Shown here piece after piece: positions 7,425 to 11,450 of a stretch of DNA of 11,450 bases. Every line of letters starts with the position of its first letter. Position 1 is the stretch's first letter. Below the pieces are notes generated by a model. That model had not been told where the DNA came from. It was given only the letters and a program-made list of their open reading frames with translations, and searched no databases. The stretch comes from Myxococcota bacterium. Lineage in GTDB: Bacteria; Myxococcota_A; UBA796; GCA-2862545. The position numbers and the translations under genes were made by a program. The stretch spans positions 1 to 11,450 of the forward strand of contig JBCCQY010000228.1 of NCBI GenBank assembly GCA_039208735.1, given 5' to 3'.

Positions 7425-10400
7425 CTACTCGATGGGCTCAACAATCCAAAAATCGCGAGGGTAGATCCGCTGGAAGGTCCCCGCCTCGCGGGCTTCGAGC
7501 CACGTTGCCCAGCCCGTGAGCTGAGCCTCGTCGCCGATGACGAGCGAAAGCCCTTCACCACCCGGAGGCACCACCCCGCCGTAGACCCGATCCTTGCGGG
7601 CCTGCAACGCTTGGGCGAGGTCGGGCCGGGATCGAAGGGCCAGCAGCGCTTCTCGGAAGGCCCGGGTGAGTTCGGGCGGACGCGCATCGATGAGATCACT
7701 GGCCATCGACACCGTTCGTGACTCGTAGCCACTGGCGGCGCGGCTGTAGAAGCCCTGGGCCACGGCGTACTCGGCGATGGCAGGCGTGACCTGGGCCCCC
7801 GCGAGTTCGCCCATCACGAAGTCCATGGTCTGGCCGAGCGAAGGACAGCGTTCTGCGTAGTAGTTGAGGCGGCCCGTATCGAGGTTGGTGCGAATGCCGT
7901 TGCTATACGCAAGACCCGCCCCCCAGGTGGCCATGAACAGACCATGGGCCCCTCCACCGCCCCACGTGTTGGCGACAAGGTAGTCCAACACGTTGTCTTC
8001 GCTTACGTCGGTGAGGACCGGACCCGGCCCGGCGTGCAGGTGCACTCCACTGCGTCGGTTGGGGTCGAACAGGCCGAAGTGCGCCGCGTTTCCCTCGCCA
8101 CCGCGGTCGGCGACTCGGGTGCGGATGACATGCGCGCCGGGAGCTGGAGCCGGCGGGGGTTCGCCATCCTTGAGCAGCCCCAACAGCGGCGCGACACGCG
8201 CTTCCATGCCGTCCCGGAGGGCGCCCGCGGTCACCACAAACCGCGCTCCGTCTCGGGCTCCCAGACGGCCTCGGAGCCCGTCGAGTTCGGTGAGCGCGTC
8301 CGTGGGTGATTCCTCCCAGTCGGCCACGAGCCGCTTGACCAAGTAGCGATGGTCTGCCGCGCGAGAGGACTCCGGAACATCGGCCAGGGCCCGTTCGAGG
8401 TGGCCCGCCAGCGTCTTCATCGCTTCGCGATCGGCCTTCGGCACTTGGGTCGCCGTGCGGATGAGACGCGATGCGGAACGCGGGGGGCCCTCGCCTTCAC
8501 CTCCAGCCACCGCCCGCAGGATGTTGCGCATCTCGTCCCGATCGTAGCGCTCACCGAGATCGGCCAACGCCAACGCCGCGGTTTGGGTCTTCGTCTGCGG
8601 GGGATCGGTCAGGCGCCAGTACAGTCGCAGCACATCGTGGGCTTGGGTGAGGAAGCTCCAGCTGCGAAGCTGCTCGGGTCGATCCCCGTACATCATGGCT
8701 GACTTGGGATTGCGAACCCAGCTTTCTTCTCGCCCGAGCATCCGCTGTTGGAGGCCCGACAGCGAAGATTCCACTAAATCGCGGATTCGCGGCAAGTTCT
8801 CGTTTCGCCAATCCGGCGATGACAGGAAGGTGCTCGCCCAACCCAGTGCGGCGTCCACTTCTTCGGTGCTTGTCCCTGACGCATGGAGGGTCAGCTCGAT
8901 GCGGCCGGTGCGGGCGTTTGTGGAGGTCCATGCGGAGGCCGACAAGACCTCGCGCTGCAGTCGACTGCGGACCTCTACGTGGGACAACGGCGTCCCGTCT
9001 TGGATGACGCCCACTCCGGTGAGCAAGCGCGTGAAGACGGGCAGCCAACGCTGTTCCGCTTCGGTGAGGCCCGCAAGCGACAGGTACATCCGCACATCGG
9101 CCCCCGTCATGGCGTCGAACCGACCGATGACGGCAGGGACGCCCGCGATGGACCCCACGGTGTAGTCGAGGGAGGGATCTGGCACGAGCGGCGGATTGTC
9201 GACGAACTGGCCTTCCGTCACCGCTTCTGCGGCTTCGAGAGCCGCCGTATCGGCGTCGTAGAGGTCGCGGAATTGTTGGAGGGCCAACTGCGGATCGTCG
9301 ACGCCGAGCCGCTTCGCGATGGCCTCGGTTTCGGCGGCGAGCCGTGCTTGTTTGGCCTTCGAGAGCGACTCGAGCGCCGCCGGATCTGGCCGGTTTGCGT
9401 AGACCAACGGCTCGGCCTCGAGGATGCCCAGCTGGGACAGCGGCTCGGTGAAGGGATTGCCAGGCGCAGAGAGCTTCGTCTCGACGTAATCGAAGTGGTC
9501 GGCAAGGGTCAGGGAGCGCCGGAAGCCCGTGGCCTCGTCGATCTCATCCAGCCGGTCAAACCAGCCTGTGCCCGTACCGCGGAATCCAAATCCCGGTGGC
9601 GTGCTGATCGAGCGTCGAACACCACGTCGGAAGCTGATGGTGTTGTCTTCGAGGCGCTGCTTGAGGTCGGCAAGCGCCGGATCGTCAGGCGCCATCGCGG
9701 CGACATCACGGAGTTCCTTTCGGATGCGTTCGACGAGCCACCCCACGGTTTCGTCGTCGAGTTCAGCACCGGGAATGCCCGAAACCCCGAAATAGACCGG
9801 AAATCCTAAATCGGAGCTGACGTAGCCCCAAACGCTGCGGGCCCCCGTGTCGCGTTCCCGAAGCCTCGAGTCGACGATCGCTCGATAGAGGTTGGAACTA
9901 TCATTTCCCGCGAGGCTGGTCAGCAGGATGCTGATCAACGTGTGTTCGTGCGGAGCGAGGGTGCGGTTGGCGGAGGGCCACGCCATCACGACGGAACCGG
10001 GCGCCTGTGGATCGCCGCTCGGGTACCCGACGTTGCGGACATCACGGTCCGCCACGGGTTCAGGGGGAGGCAGCGTATCCTCGGTCAGGAAGGTTGTGCC
10101 GGCTGGGGTCGGCTTGGGCTGATGGCCCTTCAGAATGTCATCGAGCCGGCCCAGGGCTTTGCCGAGGGACTGTTCAGGCGGGAGCACGGCGATCATGCCC
10201 ATGTTCGCGAGCTGGTGGGTGGCTGCGTGAAAGTCCCGAATATGCTTCGGGGTCATCGTCCGGATTGCGGAGGGCAGCCCGCCGGACTCGTAGGCGGTGG
10301 GATGGTCAACGCCGTAGAGGTCCTGCCCGATCTGCCGCCAGAGCCGGGCCCCTGGGTTCTGGTAGCTGCTGTCCATCTCGTTGTAGACGGTGCCCTTCTC

Positions 10401-10931
10401 TTCGAGTGCCAACCCACCACCTGGCTCATCGCGCACTCCGTAGTGGTGGACTTCGCGGCGGATCTCCTCGTCGGAGTAGTCGGGGAACAACAAGGCACCG
10501 AGGCGTTCGTTGAGGACGTTGAACCAAACGTCCGAGCCTGCGGTCGTGTGGAAGTGGTAGACCGTCCGGAATTGTGACGTGAATGCCGATGACGACACGA
10601 GCGACATGTCTTCGAGGGTGGCCACCGACCGACCGCGATTGCCCTTGCCGAGAAGCAAGTGCTCCTGGGTATGGGGTTCGCCACGGTCCCCGTCGGGCAC
10701 GGTGTTGACCCATAGGTAGCCCTGCGGCACGGTACGCATGCGTAGAAATGCCAGTTCGAAGCCAGTGTGCTGATGCCTTAGACGAGCGCCCAGGGGCCGG
10801 TCGGATTCGTCGATGTAGACGTACTCAACGTTGAATCCCTGAACCTCGTCGCCTTCTTGAAGGTCCACGAGTTCGGTCTGGGCTTGGTTAGCGGCAGGCT
10901 TACAGGCGATAACGAACATCCACCAAATCAT
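7425..10931 (-). CDS. M16 (inverzincin) zinc metallopeptidase, PreP/M16C-like, probable lipoprotein
   Basis: HXXEH is present as HTQEH (10659-10673). SAFTSQFRTVY, EEIRRE, KGTVYNEM, SGGLPSAIRTMT and C-terminal GAGLAYS...ERCPSL resemble presequence protease motifs. The start was placed at ATG 10931 (MIWWMFVIAC), after a GGGGG RBS-like run, which avoids overlap with lysR. Confidence 0.85.
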   Translation of the reverse strand: MIWWMFVIACKPAANQAQTELVDLQEGDEVQGFNVEYVYIDESDRPLGARLRHQHTGFELAFLRMRTVPQGYLWVNTVPDGDRGEPHTQEHLLLGKGNRGRSVATLEDMSLVSSSAFTSQFRTVYHFHTTAGSDVWFNVLNERLGALLFPDYSDEEIRREVHHYGVRDEPGGGLALEEKGTVYNEMDSSYQNPGARLWRQIGQDLYGVDHPTAYESGGLPSAIRTMTPKHIRDFHAATHQLANMGMIAVLPPEQSLGKALGRLDDILKGHQPKPTPAGTTFLTEDTLPPPEPVADRDVRNVGYPSGDPQAPGSVVMAWPSANRTLAPHEHTLISILLTSLAGNDSSNLYRAIVDSRLRERDTGARSVWGYVSSDLGFPVYFGVSGIPGAELDDETVGWLVERIRKELRDVAAMAPDDPALADLKQRLEDNTISFRRGVRRSISTPPGFGFRGTGTGWFDRLDEIDEATGFRRSLTLADHFDYVETKLSAPGNPFTEPLSQLGILEAEPLVYANRPDPAALESLSKAKQARLAAETEAIAKRLGVDDPQLALQQFRDLYDADTAALEAAEAVTEGQFVDNPPLVPDPSLDYTVGSIAGVPAVIGRFDAMTGADVRMYLSLAGLTEAEQRWLPVFTRLLTGVGVIQDGTPLSHVEVRSRLQREVLSASAWTSTNARTGRIELTLHASGTSTEEVDAALGWASTFLSSPDWRNENLPRIRDLVESSLSGLQQRMLGREESWVRNPKSAMMYGDRPEQLRSWSFLTQAHDVLRLYWRLTDPPQTKTQTAALALADLGERYDRDEMRNILRAVAGGEGEGPPRSASRLIRTATQVPKADREAMKTLAGHLERALADVPESSRAADHRYLVKRLVADWEESPTDALTELDGLRGRLGARDGARFVVTAGALRDGMEARVAPLLGLLKDGEPPPAPAPGAHVIRTRVADRGGEGNAAHFGLFDPNRRSGVHLHAGPGPVLTDVSEDNVLDYLVANTWGGGGAHGLFMATWGAGLAYSNGIRTNLDTGRLNYYAERCPSLGQTMDFVMGELAGAQVTPAIAEYAVAQGFYSRAASGYESRTVSMASDLIDARPPELTRAFREALLALRSRPDLAQALQARKDRVYGGVVPPGGEGLSLVIGDEAQLTGWATWLEAREAGTFQRIYPRDFWIVEPIE

Positions 10932-10962
10932 GAACGAACCCCCTATCCCGACCGAGCCTACT

Positions 10963-11448
10963 TCATGGCGGGACCAACGCGGCTTGCACCACCTGGGCAA
11001 TGCCGCGGGCTTCCGCTACCAAGGCCTCGAGCATGACCGTCCGACGGCGAGGGTGGGGGCGGGAGGGCATGATGGCCTGGAGCACGAGCCGACGACGCTC
11101 CCAGGGGGCGAGGATGCGCACGAGACGACCTGCTGCGAGATCCTCGACAATCGCGTAGGTAGGAATCACGAGAAACCCGAGCCCCCGCATGGCGAGGAGC
11201 CGCATCATCGTGGAGTTGCTGGCGTGTACCATAGGAGACCAGGCGACGTCACAGGTCTCGCCCGTATCGGGACGGACAAAATGCTGGCTTCCCCCGAAGG
11301 GCCCAGCGTGCATGATCCACGGCACGTCGTTGAGATCCCTCGGACTTTGGACGTGGAGGGCTTCGGCCAGTTCGGGAGAGGCCACCAGGACTTCGACATC
11401 GTGGCCAAGCACCCGCATGACGTAGCTTGAGTCGACGGGCACCCCGAC
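10963..11448 (-). CDS. LysR-family regulator, C-terminal substrate-binding domain (CrgA/DmlR-like), 5'-truncated
   Basis: VGVPVDSSYVMR...LVASP...SPRDL...SNSTMMRLLAMRGLGFLVIPTYAIVEDLAAGRLVRILAPW is typical of the LTTR effector domain. The frame is open to the window edge. TGA at 10965-10963. Confidence 0.88.
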   Translation of the reverse strand, partial: VGVPVDSSYVMRVLGHDVEVLVASPELAEALHVQSPRDLNDVPWIMHAGPFGGSQHFVRPDTGETCDVAWSPMVHASNSTMMRLLAMRGLGFLVIPTYAIVEDLAAGRLVRILAPWERRRLVLQAIMPSRPHPRRRTVMLEALVAEARGIAQVVQAALVPP

Positions 11449-11450
11449 AC

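Noticed and set aside
10932..11000. Longer start for the peptidase (MPRWCKPRWSRHE...)
   Set aside because: It uses a TTG start that overlaps the lysR coding region. ATG 10931 has an RBS-like run and lies downstream of the lysR stop. Not fully excluded.
1..11450. CRISPR arrays, IS elements, tRNAs, prophage or defence genes
   Set aside because: I saw no regularly spaced repeats, terminal inverted repeats, transposase/integrase motifs or cloverleaf on reading.

Overview
GC-rich bacterial chromosomal window (probably Myxococcota/deltaproteobacteria-like; this is inference from gene style only). It contains mostly core genes. In order: a 5'-truncated RsmC-like methyltransferase (+); a phytoene-dehydrogenase-like FAD oxidoreductase (-); PEP carboxylase ppc (+, divergent from the oxidoreductase); an AT-rich palindromic operator followed by an uncharacterised multi-TM membrane protein translationally coupled to a cysteine-free ArsR/SmtB regulator (+); a CBS-pair protein (+); the type A RNase P RNA gene rnpB with its terminator (-); a large PreP/M16C-like zinc peptidase with an ultra-short lipoprotein-like leader (-); and the C-terminal part of a LysR regulator (-). 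I see no mobile element, CRISPR array or defence island. The best candidates for undescribed biology are the operator + membrane protein + Cys-less ArsR module and the putatively exported M16C peptidase. Neither can be shown to be novel without database searches.
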